NCBI GenBank assembly: GCA_018650465.1
Contig: JABIFY010000035.1
Coordinates: 45,526 to 109,525, forward strand
Length of the DNA: 64,000 nucleotides
Reading direction: 5' to 3'
Origin: Alphaproteobacteria bacterium
GTDB taxonomy: Bacteria > Pseudomonadota > Alphaproteobacteria > UBA2966
The translations under genes and the position numbers were made by a program. Every line of letters starts with the position of its first letter. Position 1 is the stretch's first letter. Positions 42,416-53,265 of this stretch are shown in pieces. Under the pieces are notes generated by a model. That model was not told the DNA's origin. It saw only the letters and a list, made by a program, of their open reading frames with translations, and made no database searches.

Positions 42416-42515
42416 GGGAGGTTGGCGCCTGGACGAGTTCCTCGCCAACCCGGTCAGATCCGGAAGGAAGCAGCCGTAACGAGTTTCGCTCGGGTCGGGC
42501 GTTCAGCCTCCCACC
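42416..42515 (+). ncRNA. ffs: Signal recognition particle RNA (small bacterial 4.5S type)
   Basis: Contains the invariant domain IV sequence ggtcagatccggaaggaagcagcc. The 5' gggagg pairs with the 3' cctccc, followed by acc as in E. coli 4.5S. Located upstream of dnaX. Ends are approximate. Confidence 0.8.
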
Positions 42516-42554
42516 TTTTCTCCATACCTATTGGGATGCTAGGATAAGCCTGTA

Positions 42555-44402
42555 ATGACAGACACAGCATCCGATCCCCAAAGTCAGACCAATACGGCTC
42601 CCTATCGCGTTCTGGCGCGTAAATACCGACCCTCGACCTTTGATGAGCTGGTCGGCCAGGAAGCGCTTGTGCGCACGCTGGCCAATGCCATTGATCGCGG
42701 CCGCCTGGCCCATGCCTTTATTTTAACCGGCGTGCGCGGCATCGGTAAAACCACCACAGCCCGCATCATTGCCCGCGCCCTGAACTGCATTGGCGCAGAC
42801 GGTAATCTGGATCAGCCCACCATTACGCCCTGCGGCGTCTGTGATCCCTGTGTGTCCATCGCCGAAGACCGCCATGTGGATGTGCTGGAAATGGATGCTG
42901 CCAGCCATACCGGTGTTGAAGGAATTCGGGATATAATTGACGGCGTAAAATACGCCTCGGTTTCAGCGCGTTACAAAGTCTACATAATCGACGAAGTCCA
43001 TATGCTGTCCAAAGCAGCCTTCAATGCGCTTCTGAAGACGCTGGAAGAGCCGCCCGAGCATGTGAAGTTTATTTTTGCCACGACGGAAATTCGCAAAATT
43101 CCGGTGACCGTGCTGTCGCGCTGCCAACGCTTTGATCTGCGCCGGGTCGAAAGCAACGAATTGATGACCCACTTTGGCAATATTGCGGCTAAGGAAAATG
43201 CCACCCTGGAAGACGAAGCCCTGGCCCTTATCGCCCGTGCCGCGGATGGCTCTGTGCGCGACGGGCTTTCCCTGCTGGACCGGGCCATCGCACAAGGTAG
43301 TGGACAGGGCAGCGATCAGATCACGGGCGCAGAGGTTCGGGCCATGTTGGGCCTGGCCGATCGCACCGGCGTTTTTGATCTTTATGAACAAGTCATGTCC
43401 GGCGATATCGCCACGGCCTTGCTGACTTTGCGCAGTCTTTATGATGGCGGTGCTGATCCTGTCGTTGTCTTGCTGGATTTGTTGGATCTGACGCACTGGC
43501 TGACCCGCCTGAAAGTCGTGCCCTCAGCCGCTGAAGACGTCACCGTACCGGAAGCCGAACGTCTGCGCGGCGGCGAGATGGCAGGCAAGCTGACCATGCC
43601 GATCCTGTCGCGAACCTGGCAGATGTTGTTAAAGGGTCTTGGCGAAGTGCGCACGGCCCCCAGCGCCATATCCGCCGCCGAAATGATTTTGGTGCGCTTG
43701 GCCTATGTTACTGAACTACCACCGCCCGGCGATCTGGTGCGCCGGATCGAAGAAGCCGGTGGTGTGCAGGCTGCCGTTCAACAGGCCCCGTCTTCAGCCA
43801 CACCTTCACCTGCTCCAGGCAGTGGCTCAAATGCAGCCGCACCGCAAAATTATACGACAACCAATGCTGTGGCGAACGGACAAGGGGCTGCCCAGGGCGC
43901 ACAAGCTGCGCCCGCGGTTGCCAGCCAGCCCGAAAATGCCCGCCTGCATATAGCCAATTTCGAAGCGGTCGCGACCTTGATGCGCGATCAAAAAGAAGCC
44001 CTGCTGGATGCTCAACTAAGGGACAATGTGCATCTGGTGCATTTCGAACAGGGCCGTATCGAGATACGCCTCGACGAAATGGCTTCGGCGAATTTGCCTA
44101 ATGAACTTGGCGCAATCCTCAGTAATCTAACCGGCGAGCGCTGGGTCGTTTCAGTGTCCAGTGATGCAGGTGCAGAAACCCTGACCCGGCAAAAAAACAA
44201 TCAAGAAGCCGACAAACGGCGCGAGGCCGAAGACGACCCGCTGGTGAAAGCCGTTCTGACGCAGTTCCCCGGTGCCAAAATCGCGAATGTAAAAGAAATA
44301 AATTTAACGCCGGAAATGCCGCCCCTGGACCCTGACATGATGGATCCGGACATGGTGGGTTTCGATACGGCAGACTTTGATGATGAGGACTTTGACGTAT
44401 GA
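42555..44402 (+). CDS. dnaX: DNA polymerase III subunits gamma/tau
   Basis: 615-aa [36 protein letters not shown] zinc module, [15 protein letters not shown]. Confidence 0.95.
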   Translation: MTDTASDPQSQTNTAPYRVLARKYRPSTFDELVGQEALVRTLANAIDRGRLAHAFILTGVRGIGKTTTARIIARALNCIGADGNLDQPTITPCGVCDPCVSIAEDRHVDVLEMDAASHTGVEGIRDIIDGVKYASVSARYKVYIIDEVHMLSKAAFNALLKTLEEPPEHVKFIFATTEIRKIPVTVLSRCQRFDLRRVESNELMTHFGNIAAKENATLEDEALALIARAADGSVRDGLSLLDRAIAQGSGQGSDQITGAEVRAMLGLADRTGVFDLYEQVMSGDIATALLTLRSLYDGGADPVVVLLDLLDLTHWLTRLKVVPSAAEDVTVPEAERLRGGEMAGKLTMPILSRTWQMLLKGLGEVRTAPSAISAAEMILVRLAYVTELPPPGDLVRRIEEAGGVQAAVQQAPSSATPSPAPGSGSNAAAPQNYTTTNAVANGQGAAQGAQAAPAVASQPENARLHIANFEAVATLMRDQKEALLDAQLRDNVHLVHFEQGRIEIRLDEMASANLPNELGAILSNLTGERWVVSVSSDAGAETLTRQKNNQEADKRREAEDDPLVKAVLTQFPGAKIANVKEINLTPEMPPLDPDMMDPDMVGFDTADFDDEDFDV

Positions 44403-44722
44403 AAAATCTTGGCCAGATGATGAAGAAGGCCCAGGAAATGCAAGCCAAAATGGGCGAAATGCAGGACCGCATGGATAATGTAGAAGTCATGGGTGTGTCC
44501 GGGGCCGGGATGGTTTCCGTGACCCTTAGTGGCAAGGGCGAGATGCGCAAGATCGAAATTGATCCTGCCTTGTTGAAAAAAGAAGAAGCCGAAGTGCTGG
44601 AAGACCTGATTGTCGCCGCCCACAATGATGCCAAAAGCCGTGTTGAAGCTCAGGTGCAAAGCGAGATGTCCGAACTGACCGGCGGCATGGAATTGCCCCC
44701 TGGTTTCAAGCTGCCGTTCTAG
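44399..44722 (+). CDS. ybaB: YbaB/EbfC family nucleoid-associated protein
   Basis: 107-aa [21 protein letters not shown]...[18 protein letters not shown] overlap with dnaX. Confidence 0.9.
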   Translation: MKNLGQMMKKAQEMQAKMGEMQDRMDNVEVMGVSGAGMVSVTLSGKGEMRKIEIDPALLKKEEAEVLEDLIVAAHNDAKSRVEAQVQSEMSELTGGMELPPGFKLPF

Positions 44723-44741
44723 AAAAACAGGCCTCCCACAA

Positions 44742-45344
44742 GTGACCCCGACCGCAATTGATCGACTGATCCAGTTGCTGGCCAAGCTGCCAGGGCTTGG
44801 CCCGCGTTCGGCCCGCCGCGTCGCATTGCATTTGATCAAACGCAAAGAATCGCTGCTGGGACCGCTCGCCGAAGCCATGGCCGAAGCAGCCACCGCTGTT
44901 CATCCCTGTTCTGAATGTGGCAATCTGGACGCGGTCGACCCCTGTTCCATATGCCGCGATATACAGCGGGATCAAACGTTGCTGTGCGTGGTGGAAGATG
45001 TCGCCGATCTATGGGCCCTGGAACGGGCCATGATCTTCAAGGGCCGGTATCATGTCATCGGCGGTACTTTATCGGCCCTGGAAGGTGTCGGGCCGGAAGA
45101 CCTGAATATCGAAGACCTGGTCCGCCGGGCAGCTGATCAAAGTGTGCGCGAAGTTATTCTGGCCATGAACGCCACCGTCGACGGTCAAACCACCGCCCAT
45201 TACGTGACCGACCGCCTGGCCGACTGCGAGGTTTCGATTTCAAGACTGGCCCATGGTGTGCCGGTGGGCGGTGAGCTGGATTACCTGGACGAAGGTACCC
45301 TGGGCGCTGCGCTCAGGTCGCGGACAAAAATTTCAGGCGATTAA
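44742..45344 (+). CDS. recR: Recombination protein RecR
   Basis: 200-aa ORF with GTG start. [11 protein letters not shown] (HhH), CSECGNL..CSIC zinc finger, Toprim region. Confidence 0.95.
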   Translation: MTPTAIDRLIQLLAKLPGLGPRSARRVALHLIKRKESLLGPLAEAMAEAATAVHPCSECGNLDAVDPCSICRDIQRDQTLLCVVEDVADLWALERAMIFKGRYHVIGGTLSALEGVGPEDLNIEDLVRRAADQSVREVILAMNATVDGQTTAHYVTDRLADCEVSISRLAHGVPVGGELDYLDEGTLGAALRSRTKISGD

Positions 45345-45467
45345 AAGTTTTTACGCAACGCCGTGCCTGGCACCGTTTTTTCCGGCCGTTATTTGCAAAG
45401 TTCTTGAACAACGGTTCTTTTCGATTGTTGTCGATGAAGCTTATTTCACGACGGGGAGAAATTCCCC

Positions 45468-45526
45468 GCCAAAAGTGGAGCCAGACAGCTTCGCGAAGCC
45501 GCTCGTGTCAGGCACCAGTTTTGGCT
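45468..45526 (+). repeat. 59-nt imperfect hairpin repeat, copy A (part of a ~165-bp composite intergenic element from ~45361)
   Basis: gccaaaagtggagccagacagcttcgcgaagccgctcgtgtcaggcaccagttttggct. 50/59 identical to copy B at 49174-49232. Confidence 0.6.
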
Positions 45527-45624
45527 AATATCGAATATATTCTGTTACCCCAGCACCTTCCCCCAAACCCCCGGCTTCTATAGTCTTGGCAAACCCCCCC
45601 TCTTAATCAGACAGAGCACAGATC

Positions 45625-46920
45625 ATGGCCGCGCCTAATTATCCTCGTTTTGATACTCTCAGCTTGCATGCGGGCCAGGTGCCTGATCCCACGACGGGGT
45701 CACGTGCGGTGCCGATCTATTCGACGACGTCCTATGTATTCAAGGATACGGATCACGCGGCTTCGCTGTTTAATCTGGAAACATCGGGCCATATTTATTC
45801 GCGTATTTCCAACCCGACGGTGGCGGTGCTGGAAGAACGCATCGCCGCCCTCGAAGGCGGCATCGGTGCCGTGGCGACAGCCAGTGGCCAGGCGGCTTTG
45901 CATCTGGCCATTGTGACATTGATGGGGCAGGGCGGACATATCGTCTCGTCGGCTTCGGTCTATGGCGGCTCGCACAACATGTTCACACATACCCTGCCGC
46001 GCTTTGGTATCGAGACGACTTTTGTTGATCCGCGCGATGCGCAAGCTTTCCAGGCCGCCATCCGGCCGGAAACACGTTTGCTGTTCGGCGAAACCCTGGG
46101 CAATCCCGGGCTTGAGGTCATGGATATTCCGGCGATCAGCACAATTGGTCATGAAGCCGGTATCCCGCTGATGATCGACAATACCTTTGCCTCGCCATAT
46201 CTCTGCAAGCCCATGTCGCTGGGGGCCGATATTGTCATGCATTCGGCCACCAAGTTCCTCGGCGGGCATGGCATCGCCATCGGCGGCATTATTGTCGACA
46301 GCGGTCACTTTGACTGGGAGGGCAGTGGCAAATTTCCTACCGTGACCGAACCCTATGCCGGCTATCACGGCCTGGACTTTGCCGAAGAATATGGTCCGGC
46401 CGCCTTTATTATGCGGGCCAGGGCTGAGGGTTTAAGGGATTTTGGAGCCTGCCTCAGCCCCACCAATGCCTTCCAGATATTGCAAGGTGTTGAAACCTTG
46501 CCTTTGCGGATGAAACAACATGTGGCCAATGCCCGGAAGATTGTTGAATTCCTCGACCAGTCCGATGCCGTCGACGGGGTCAGTTATCCGGAATTGCCGT
46601 CCCATCCCGACCACGAACTGGCCAAGCGAAATTTGCCGGACGGCTGCGGGGCGGTTTTCAGCTTCAACATCAAAGGTGGTCGCGACGCCGGTCGCAAGTT
46701 CATCGAGGCGCTGGAGATTTTCTCTCATCTGGCAAACGTCGGCGATGCCAAGTCGCTGGTCATCCATCCGGCCAGCACCACCCATCAGCAAATGGACGCC
46801 GCCGCCCTTGAGGCCGCCGGCATTTCCGAAGGCATGGTCCGTCTGTCTGTGGGGCTGGAGGATATTGCCGATCTGAAAGATGATCTGGGACGGGCGCTCA
46901 AAGCCTCGCAGCGGGGTTAG
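45625..46920 (+). CDS. metY: O-acetylhomoserine (thiol)-lyase / sulfhydrylase
   Basis: 431-aa ORF. Cys/Met-metabolism PLP family: SRISNPT, HSATKFLGGHG (PLP Lys), C-terminal RLSVGLEDI. Confidence 0.9.
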   Translation: MAAPNYPRFDTLSLHAGQVPDPTTGSRAVPIYSTTSYVFKDTDHAASLFNLETSGHIYSRISNPTVAVLEERIAALEGGIGAVATASGQAALHLAIVTLMGQGGHIVSSASVYGGSHNMFTHTLPRFGIETTFVDPRDAQAFQAAIRPETRLLFGETLGNPGLEVMDIPAISTIGHEAGIPLMIDNTFASPYLCKPMSLGADIVMHSATKFLGGHGIAIGGIIVDSGHFDWEGSGKFPTVTEPYAGYHGLDFAEEYGPAAFIMRARAEGLRDFGACLSPTNAFQILQGVETLPLRMKQHVANARKIVEFLDQSDAVDGVSYPELPSHPDHELAKRNLPDGCGAVFSFNIKGGRDAGRKFIEALEIFSHLANVGDAKSLVIHPASTTHQQMDAAALEAAGISEGMVRLSVGLEDIADLKDDLGRALKASQRG

Positions 46921-46924
46921 GGCT

Positions 46925-47713
46925 ATGGATATTCAGGTTCGAGGGAAAAAGGCTTTTGTCGCCAACGGCGGACGGGCGCATGATGCAGCACTGCCCTGGC
47001 TGGTTTTTGTGCACGGGGCTGCCATGGATCACAGTGCCTGGTACCTGCAGACACGTTACTTTGCATATCATGGTTTCAATGTTGCCGCTGTCGACCTGCC
47101 GGGTCATGGTCGCTCTGACGGGCCGCTTATTCCGACCATCAGCGGCATGGCAGACTGGCTTGCTGAATTGTTGGACGCTCTGGGTGCTACCTCAGCGACC
47201 ATCGCAGGTCACAGCATGGGCGCATTGACGGCCCTTGATTTTGCGGCCCGGTATCCGGCGAAAATCGACAAACTGGCCCTGCTGGGTGTCGCCAATCCGA
47301 TGCCTGTCGGGAAGCCATTGCTGGATGCCTCGGAAGCGAACGATCACGCGGCCTTTGACATGATCACCTTGTTTGGTCTGGCCAAACAGTCCCAGCTGGG
47401 CGGCAATCCAACGCCTGGTCTGTGGATGTCCGGCTGTGTTACACGCTTGCAGGAAGAATCCGATCCCGGTGTTTTGTTTAATGATTTCACAGCCTGCAAC
47501 AACTATCAGGACGGCGAGGATGCCGCTGCGGCAGTTGATGTCGACAGCATCGTGATTGTCGGGGCTGAAGATCGTATGACCGCGCCGAAATCCGCTCGTG
47601 CTCTGGCCGCACAAATCAATGGTGCCCAGGTCAGCATCATTCCAGGCAGCGGCCATATGATGATGCTTGAGACGCCGGATGACGTTATCGCTGCCCTCAA
47701 GACAATTCTTTGA
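46925..47713 (+). CDS. Alpha/beta-fold hydrolase
   Basis: The track ORF starts at 46880. I prefer the ATG at 46925 (MDIQVRGKKAF), just after the metY stop. HG oxyanion region, GHSMGAL nucleophile elbow, C-terminal GSGHMMMLE. Confidence 0.8.
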   Translation: MDIQVRGKKAFVANGGRAHDAALPWLVFVHGAAMDHSAWYLQTRYFAYHGFNVAAVDLPGHGRSDGPLIPTISGMADWLAELLDALGATSATIAGHSMGALTALDFAARYPAKIDKLALLGVANPMPVGKPLLDASEANDHAAFDMITLFGLAKQSQLGGNPTPGLWMSGCVTRLQEESDPGVLFNDFTACNNYQDGEDAAAAVDVDSIVIVGAEDRMTAPKSARALAAQINGAQVSIIPGSGHMMMLETPDDVIAALKTIL

Positions 47714-47723
47714 AAGAAATCCT

Positions 47724-48950
47724 GTGACTTCTGTTGAAAGACCCTACAGCTGGGTTGTTGCCATTGCCTCCCTGCTGTTGATGACAGTGGGCAACGCCAG
47801 CATTTATGTGCTGATCGTAGGCCTGACCCAGATCACGCCGGAATTTGGCGGATCTCGCGGAATTGTGTCTTTTGGGTATTCCTTTGCCCTGTTTGGTATG
47901 GGGCTAGGTGGTATCCTTATGGGGCGGTTGTCTGATCGCATTGGTATGGTCTGGCCGGCTATCATCGGCGCTGTATCTGTGACGCTGGGTGCCCTGGTCG
48001 CTGCCCGCGCCACGGATGCCTGGGTGTTTTTGTTCGCCCACGCGATCTTGTTGGGTTTGATTGGCAATGGTGGTTTGTTTTCGCCCTTGATCGCCAATGT
48101 CACCCGCTGGTTTGATCGCCGCCGAGGCATTGCCGTAGCCCTCGTCGTCTCGGGACAGGGTTTGGCGGGTGCGTTGGCCGCCCCCATATTCCGTTGGCTG
48201 CTGGAAGATTTTGGTTGGCGCGCGACCTATGATTATTACGCCATCTTTGCCATATGCACCTTGGTCCCCATGGCCTTTTTGCTTTGGCCCAAAGCACCGG
48301 CAGAACCGGCCCCGGCCTTGTCTGTTGGCGATGCGTCGGAAGCTGATAACAAAATACTCGGTCGCAGTCCAACCAACGTGGGATGGACATTGAATGCTGC
48401 GATCATTGGCTGTTGTATCGCCATGGCCATGCCTATGGTGCACGTGGTGGCGCACGCCGAAGACAAGGGCCATTCAACGGTCGACGCGGCGATGATGTTG
48501 TCTGTGCTGTTGGGCGTTGCTTTTTTTGCACGTGTGACCTGGGGTGGTATCTCAGACAAAATTGGTGGCTTGCCAACCCTGTGCATCAGTTCCGTACTCC
48601 AGGCTTTGGCTTTATGCCTGTACCTGTTTGTCGACAGCCTGATCGGTCTTTATGCCATTTCGGTTTTCTTTGGCGTGGCTTTTGCGGGCATTGTGCCCAG
48701 CTACGCCGTTATCTTGCGCCAGCATTTTCCGGTCTCGGAAATTGGCCAGCGCGTTGGTGTTATCTTTTTGTTCGGAGCCTTGGGTATGGCTCTGGGTGGC
48801 TGGCTCGGCGGGGCGATCTATGACCTCACCGGCAGCTATTTCGAAGCCTTCCTGGTTGGTATCGCCGCCAATGTCGTGAACCTGTTCCTGGTCTTGCCGT
48901 TGTTGCGCACGGAACGGCGGCAGGCAGGACGAGGTGCTGCTCGAGCGTAA
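47724..48950 (+). CDS. MFS transporter
   Basis: Multi-TM ORF with GRLSDRIG MFS loop motif. Start uncertain: the GTG at 47724 avoids overlap, while the track start is 47667. Confidence 0.75.
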   Translation: MTSVERPYSWVVAIASLLLMTVGNASIYVLIVGLTQITPEFGGSRGIVSFGYSFALFGMGLGGILMGRLSDRIGMVWPAIIGAVSVTLGALVAARATDAWVFLFAHAILLGLIGNGGLFSPLIANVTRWFDRRRGIAVALVVSGQGLAGALAAPIFRWLLEDFGWRATYDYYAIFAICTLVPMAFLLWPKAPAEPAPALSVGDASEADNKILGRSPTNVGWTLNAAIIGCCIAMAMPMVHVVAHAEDKGHSTVDAAMMLSVLLGVAFFARVTWGGISDKIGGLPTLCISSVLQALALCLYLFVDSLIGLYAISVFFGVAFAGIVPSYAVILRQHFPVSEIGQRVGVIFLFGALGMALGGWLGGAIYDLTGSYFEAFLVGIAANVVNLFLVLPLLRTERRQAGRGAARA

Positions 48951-48952
48951 TT

Positions 48953-48979
48953 GTCATTGCCGGACTTGATCCGGCAATC
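48953..48979. repeat. Solo hairpin arm of the nested-hairpin REP-like family
   Basis: gtcattgccggacttgatccggcaatc. Stem attgccgga/tccggcaat with the same cttga loop as the arm at 20969. Confidence 0.45.
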
Positions 48980-49173
48980 TCCGACGCTGTTACAAAGTTG
49001 GGGAAGGCATATGGATCTGATAGGTCGGATAGACAGGCTATCCAGGAAACCGGTGCCTGGCATTTTTCTTGCCTGGCTCCGCTTTTCCGGCCGGTATTTG
49101 TTAAGCCCGAGCATTACGTGATTTTTCATTTGCGGTCGTTGTGTCAGCGGTCGCGCCGGGTGTTGAAACTAGC

Positions 49174-49232
49174 GCCAAATGCGGAGCCAGGCAGCTTCGC
49201 GAAGGCGCTTGTACCAGGCACCGGATTTGGCT
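49174..49232 (+). repeat. 59-nt imperfect hairpin repeat, copy B (part of a composite element from ~49050)
   Basis: gccaaatgcggagccaggcagcttcgcgaaggcgcttgtaccaggcaccggatttggct. Confidence 0.6.
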
Positions 49233-49282
49233 CTGCACTCTTAATTTATCAAGCGGGCTTGACGGAATTTGGGTTCGTAAAT

Positions 49283-50356
49283 CTAGCCGCCCGCAATCAC
49301 CTTCATGGCGTGGGACCAGCCCTGTTCACTCATGGGGCGGACCTTGCTGGCGGTTTCCATGGCATGTTCGCTGGCGGCGGTACCGTCACGCACCCGGCCC
49401 ATGATGCCTTGCGCGATGCCGGCCAGGCGAAACATGTTGTAGGCCATATAAAAATCCCAATTTTCGATGCCGTCGCGCCCGGTCTTTTTGCAATAGGCGG
49501 CGACATACTCTTCCGTCGTGGGAATGCCCAGGCCCTTTAAATCAAGACCAGCCAGGCCGCGGAACAATTTGGGCTCGAAAGCCCAGACCATGGCGTGATA
49601 GGAAAAATCGCCCAGAGGATGGCCCAAGGTCGACAGCTCCCAGTCCAGCACGGCAATGACGCGTGGTTCAGTGGGGTGGAAAACCATGTTATCCAAACGA
49701 TAATCGCCATGCACAATCGTGGTCTCGTCGCCCGCCGGGATGTTGTCCGGCAGCCATTCGATCAGCTTGTCCATTTCCGGAATAGATTCAGTTTCCGAGG
49801 CTTTGTACTGCTTTGACCAGCGACCGATCTGGCGTTCAAAATAGTTGCCAGGTTTGCCAAAGGTTTCAAGATCAATGGCTTTGTAGTCGGTCATATGCAG
49901 CTGGGCGATGACATCATTCATGCCGTTATAAATGGCGGTGCGTTCGTCATTCTCCATGCCGGGCAGGGACGGATCCCAGAAGATGCGACCATCAGCAAAT
50001 GACATAATATAAAAAGCTGTGCCAATGATGCTGTCGTCTTCACACAAGGCGTAAGTTTTGGGCACGGGAAAGCCGGTTTTGCCCAAGGCCGCAATGACGC
50101 GGTATTCGCGGTCAACTGCATGGGCAGAAGGCAGCAATTTGCCAGGCGGCTTGCGGCGCATGACATAAGACTGGCCACCGGCTTTGATTTTATAGGTCGG
50201 GTTGGACTGCCCACCCTTGAACTCCGATAGCTCGACGTTGCCGGAAAAACCTTCAACATGTTCTTCCATATAGGCCTGCAAGGCGTTCGTGTCGATGCGA
50301 TGCGCTTCCAGTACGTCTTGTGTGCCGGAAAACAGCTCCTGTCCCTTGTCGGTCAT
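49283..50356 (-). CDS. Phosphotransferase (APH/choline-kinase-like) family protein
   Basis: 357-aa ORF. Kinase catalytic loop VHGDYRLDNMVF and DWELS. Confidence 0.8.
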   Translation of the reverse strand: MTDKGQELFSGTQDVLEAHRIDTNALQAYMEEHVEGFSGNVELSEFKGGQSNPTYKIKAGGQSYVMRRKPPGKLLPSAHAVDREYRVIAALGKTGFPVPKTYALCEDDSIIGTAFYIMSFADGRIFWDPSLPGMENDERTAIYNGMNDVIAQLHMTDYKAIDLETFGKPGNYFERQIGRWSKQYKASETESIPEMDKLIEWLPDNIPAGDETTIVHGDYRLDNMVFHPTEPRVIAVLDWELSTLGHPLGDFSYHAMVWAFEPKLFRGLAGLDLKGLGIPTTEEYVAAYCKKTGRDGIENWDFYMAYNMFRLAGIAQGIMGRVRDGTAASEHAMETASKVRPMSEQGWSHAMKVIAGG

Positions 50357-50395
50357 AAATTTGTCCTGGTTTTGTCGATTTAAATTTCTTTGATG

Positions 50396-51679
50396 TTAAG
50401 CGGTTTCATTTTCGCGGGCAACGGCGCGCCAGCCGATATCCCGGCGGCAAAAACCTTCGGGCCAGTCGATAACGTCAACGGCTTCATAGGCCCGGGCCTG
50501 GGCGTCGGCAACATTTGCAGCTCTGGCCGTGACACCAAGGACCCGACCGCCGTTGGCCTTTATATCGCCCCTGTCATTTGCCGTGCCAGCGTGGAAAATA
50601 TTGACGCCTGGCAGCTCGCCAGCTGTATCAAGATTACGAATACGGCTGCCCTTGTCATAGGCACCGGGATAACCCTTGGCGGCTATAACCACCACGAGGG
50701 CGGCTTCGTCGTGCCAGTTCAGGTCGATCTGGTCCAGGTTGCCCTCCGCCGTCGCCTTCAGGGCGGGCAGCAGGTCACCGTTCAATCTGGCCATCAGAAC
50801 CTGGCATTCAGGGTCGCCAAAACGGGCGTTGTATTCAATCAGTTCCGGGCCCTTGTCTGTGATCATCAGACCGGCAAACAGCACACCTTTATAAGGCATG
50901 CCCTCTGCGGCCATGGCGGTGACCGTGGGGGTGATAATTTCATCCATAATGCGCTGGTGCATGGCCTGGTCGATAACAGGGGCGGGACTATAAGCCCCCA
51001 TGCCACCTGTATTGGGGCCGATATCGCCATCACCGACCGGCTTGTGATCCTGGGCAGAGGCCAGTGCCAGGCTGTGTCCGCCATCGACCAGGGCAAAAAA
51101 GCTGGCTTCTTCGCCGATCAGGCATTCTTCGATGACCACTTCAGCCCCGGCAATCCCAAAGGCCCCGTCGAATATTTCGTCGACCGCAATCAAGGCCTGA
51201 TCCAGGGTCTGGGCGACAATGACGCCTTTGCCAGCCGCCAAACCATCGGCTTTGACGACGATAGGCGCGCCTTGTTCAACGATATAGGTTTTGGCGGCCT
51301 CCACGTCTGTGAAACGGCCATAGGCGGCGGTGGGGATTTTGTGACGGGCACACAGGTCTTTGGTGAAGCCTTTGCTGCCTTCCAGTTGGGCGGCGGCGGC
51401 ACTGGGGCCAAAGGCTGCGATGCCTTCTGCGTTTAACTGATCGACAAAGCCTTCGACCAGCGGGGCTTCCGGTCCAACCACGACAAATTCGATTTCTTCT
51501 GCCCGGCACAAACCGATCAGGCCGGAAAAATCCATCACATCAATGTCGACGCAGGTCGCGACCTCAGCGATCCCGCCGTTTCCTGGCGCGCAAAATATCT
51601 TGTCTACCTGGGGGGAGGTGGCCAAAGTCCAGGCCAAGGCGTGTTCACGACCGCCAGAGCCAACAATAAGAATATTCAT
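50396..51679 (-). CDS. purD: Phosphoribosylamine-glycine ligase
   Basis: The track ORF extends to 51739. I prefer the ATG at 51679 ([17 protein letters not shown], the canonical PurD N-terminus). Confidence 0.95.
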   Translation of the reverse strand: MNILIVGSGGREHALAWTLATSPQVDKIFCAPGNGGIAEVATCVDIDVMDFSGLIGLCRAEEIEFVVVGPEAPLVEGFVDQLNAEGIAAFGPSAAAAQLEGSKGFTKDLCARHKIPTAAYGRFTDVEAAKTYIVEQGAPIVVKADGLAAGKGVIVAQTLDQALIAVDEIFDGAFGIAGAEVVIEECLIGEEASFFALVDGGHSLALASAQDHKPVGDGDIGPNTGGMGAYSPAPVIDQAMHQRIMDEIITPTVTAMAAEGMPYKGVLFAGLMITDKGPELIEYNARFGDPECQVLMARLNGDLLPALKATAEGNLDQIDLNWHDEAALVVVIAAKGYPGAYDKGSRIRNLDTAGELPGVNIFHAGTANDRGDIKANGGRVLGVTARAANVADAQARAYEAVDVIDWPEGFCRRDIGWRAVARENETA

Positions 51680-51810
51680 GATGCGGCGGGCTCCTGGTCG
51701 AAAAACTTTGAAAAAACGCATGCTGTCGCTGAACTGCATTTGTTCAGTCGGCGGTCTCTTGTATCATAGCCAGGATCAGGCACAAATATTAAAGCACAGG
51801 AAACCCCTCA

Positions 51811-53253
51811 TTGAACGCCTCTAAACCGCCAGGTGAAGCCCATAACCAACCAGAACTGAGCGTCAGTGAACTGTCTCAATCCCTGAAGCGTACGGTCGAA
51901 AGCAATTTCGACCGGGTGCGGGTGCGTGGCGAAATCTCCGGTTTCAAGCGTGCGGCATCGGGTCATATGTATATGGCCCTGAAGGACGACAATGCGGTGT
52001 TGGATGCCGTGTGCTGGCGCGGTGTGGCGGGCAAACTGTCGATCGTGCCGGAAGATGGTCTTGAAGTTATCGTCACTGGCAAGCTGACAACCTATCCCTC
52101 CCGCTCGCGCTATCAGATCGTGGTTGATGGCATGGAAATGGCGGGCGAGGGTGCCTTGCTGAAGTTGCTGGAAGACCGCAAACGCGCCCTCGCCGCCGAA
52201 GGCCTGTTCGCGGCGGAAGGCAAACAAAAGCTGCCCTGGTTGCCGGAAGTGATCGGTGTTGTGACGTCGCCGACGGGGGCGGTCATCCGCGATATTTTGC
52301 ACCGCCTGGCGGACCGTTTTCCCAGGCGTGTGCTGGTTTGGCCGGTGATTGTTCAGGGTGATGGCTCGGCGGAAAAAATAGCCGCAGCCATTGAAGGTTT
52401 TAACCGCCTGACGCCAGGCGGCGACACACCGCGTCCGGAATTGCTGATCGTGGCGCGCGGTGGAGGCAGTGTGGAAGACTTGTGGTCCTTCAACGAAGAA
52501 GTGGTGGTACGGGCCGCAGCCGCCAGTGACATTCCCCTGATCTCAGCCGTGGGGCACGAAACTGATATTACGCTTATTGATTACGCCGCTGACAAGCGTG
52601 CGCCCACACCAACGGCTGCGGCGGAAATTGCCGTGCCGGTGCGGGCCGATCTTCAGGTTTCCATCCTTGATCTGGCGCGCCGGTTATTTGCGGCGCTGGC
52701 GCGATCCACAGAAGAACGCCGTGTGCGCCTGGATGGACTGGCGCGCGGTTTGCGCGATCCGCGCGATATGTTGCAGGCCCATCAGCAAAAACTGGACGAT
52801 GTGGGTGAACGCCTGAACAGGGCCTTGGTCGTCGGTGTGGATCGACGCCGGGCGAACCTCGGCCTGGTTTCCGCCGGACTGAAACGCAGCATTATTGCGC
52901 GCCGCATCGATCAGGGCGTTGAGCAATTGCAACGGGCAGAAAACAGTTTGCGTCGAGATCTTAACCGGGTCGTCAGTGACAACCAGACCCGCCTCGGCAG
53001 CCTCGGCAAGTTGTTGCATAGTTACAGTTATGAAGGGGTGCTGGCGCGGGGCTTTGCCGCCATTCGCAGCAATGGCAATGTGGTGACGCAAGCTGGCGGT
53101 CTGGTGGCTGGTCAAGATCTGGATATTCAGTTTCACGATGGCCATGTGGCGGCGGTTACCGAAGGCGGTGCAGCAAAGCCTGCTCGATCGCCCGCCCGAA
53201 AAGCCAAGCCAAGAGCCACCCTGGATGATGACCCACAAGGCAGTCTGTTATGA
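51811..53253 (+). CDS. xseA: Exodeoxyribonuclease VII large subunit
   Basis: 480-aa ORF with TTG start. LSVSELSQSLKRTVE, SGHMYMALKD, VVTSPTGAVIRD, ARGGGSVEDLW, SAVGHETD. Confidence 0.9.
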   Translation: MNASKPPGEAHNQPELSVSELSQSLKRTVESNFDRVRVRGEISGFKRAASGHMYMALKDDNAVLDAVCWRGVAGKLSIVPEDGLEVIVTGKLTTYPSRSRYQIVVDGMEMAGEGALLKLLEDRKRALAAEGLFAAEGKQKLPWLPEVIGVVTSPTGAVIRDILHRLADRFPRRVLVWPVIVQGDGSAEKIAAAIEGFNRLTPGGDTPRPELLIVARGGGSVEDLWSFNEEVVVRAAAASDIPLISAVGHETDITLIDYAADKRAPTPTAAAEIAVPVRADLQVSILDLARRLFAALARSTEERRVRLDGLARGLRDPRDMLQAHQQKLDDVGERLNRALVVGVDRRRANLGLVSAGLKRSIIARRIDQGVEQLQRAENSLRRDLNRVVSDNQTRLGSLGKLLHSYSYEGVLARGFAAIRSNGNVVTQAGGLVAGQDLDIQFHDGHVAAVTEGGAAKPARSPARKAKPRATLDDDPQGSLL

Positions 53254-53265
53254 GTAACAAATCAC

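Noticed and set aside
44191-44197. An A7 run in dnaX as a possible programmed frameshift or slippage site producing gamma.
   Set aside because: It lies near codon 546 of 615, far downstream of the domain III/IV boundary where gamma ends in E. coli. No downstream hairpin or upstream SD-like element is evident. The other A-rich site (43990s) does not form an X XXY YYZ heptamer in frame.
45527-45624. Possible SAM riboswitch (SAM-II/SAM-V type) in the metY leader, which has unusual C-tracts (cccc, ccccc, ccccccc).
   Set aside because: I could not find the conserved AAAGCU-containing pseudoknot core or a convincing fold by eye. An Rfam scan would be decisive, so nothing is claimed.
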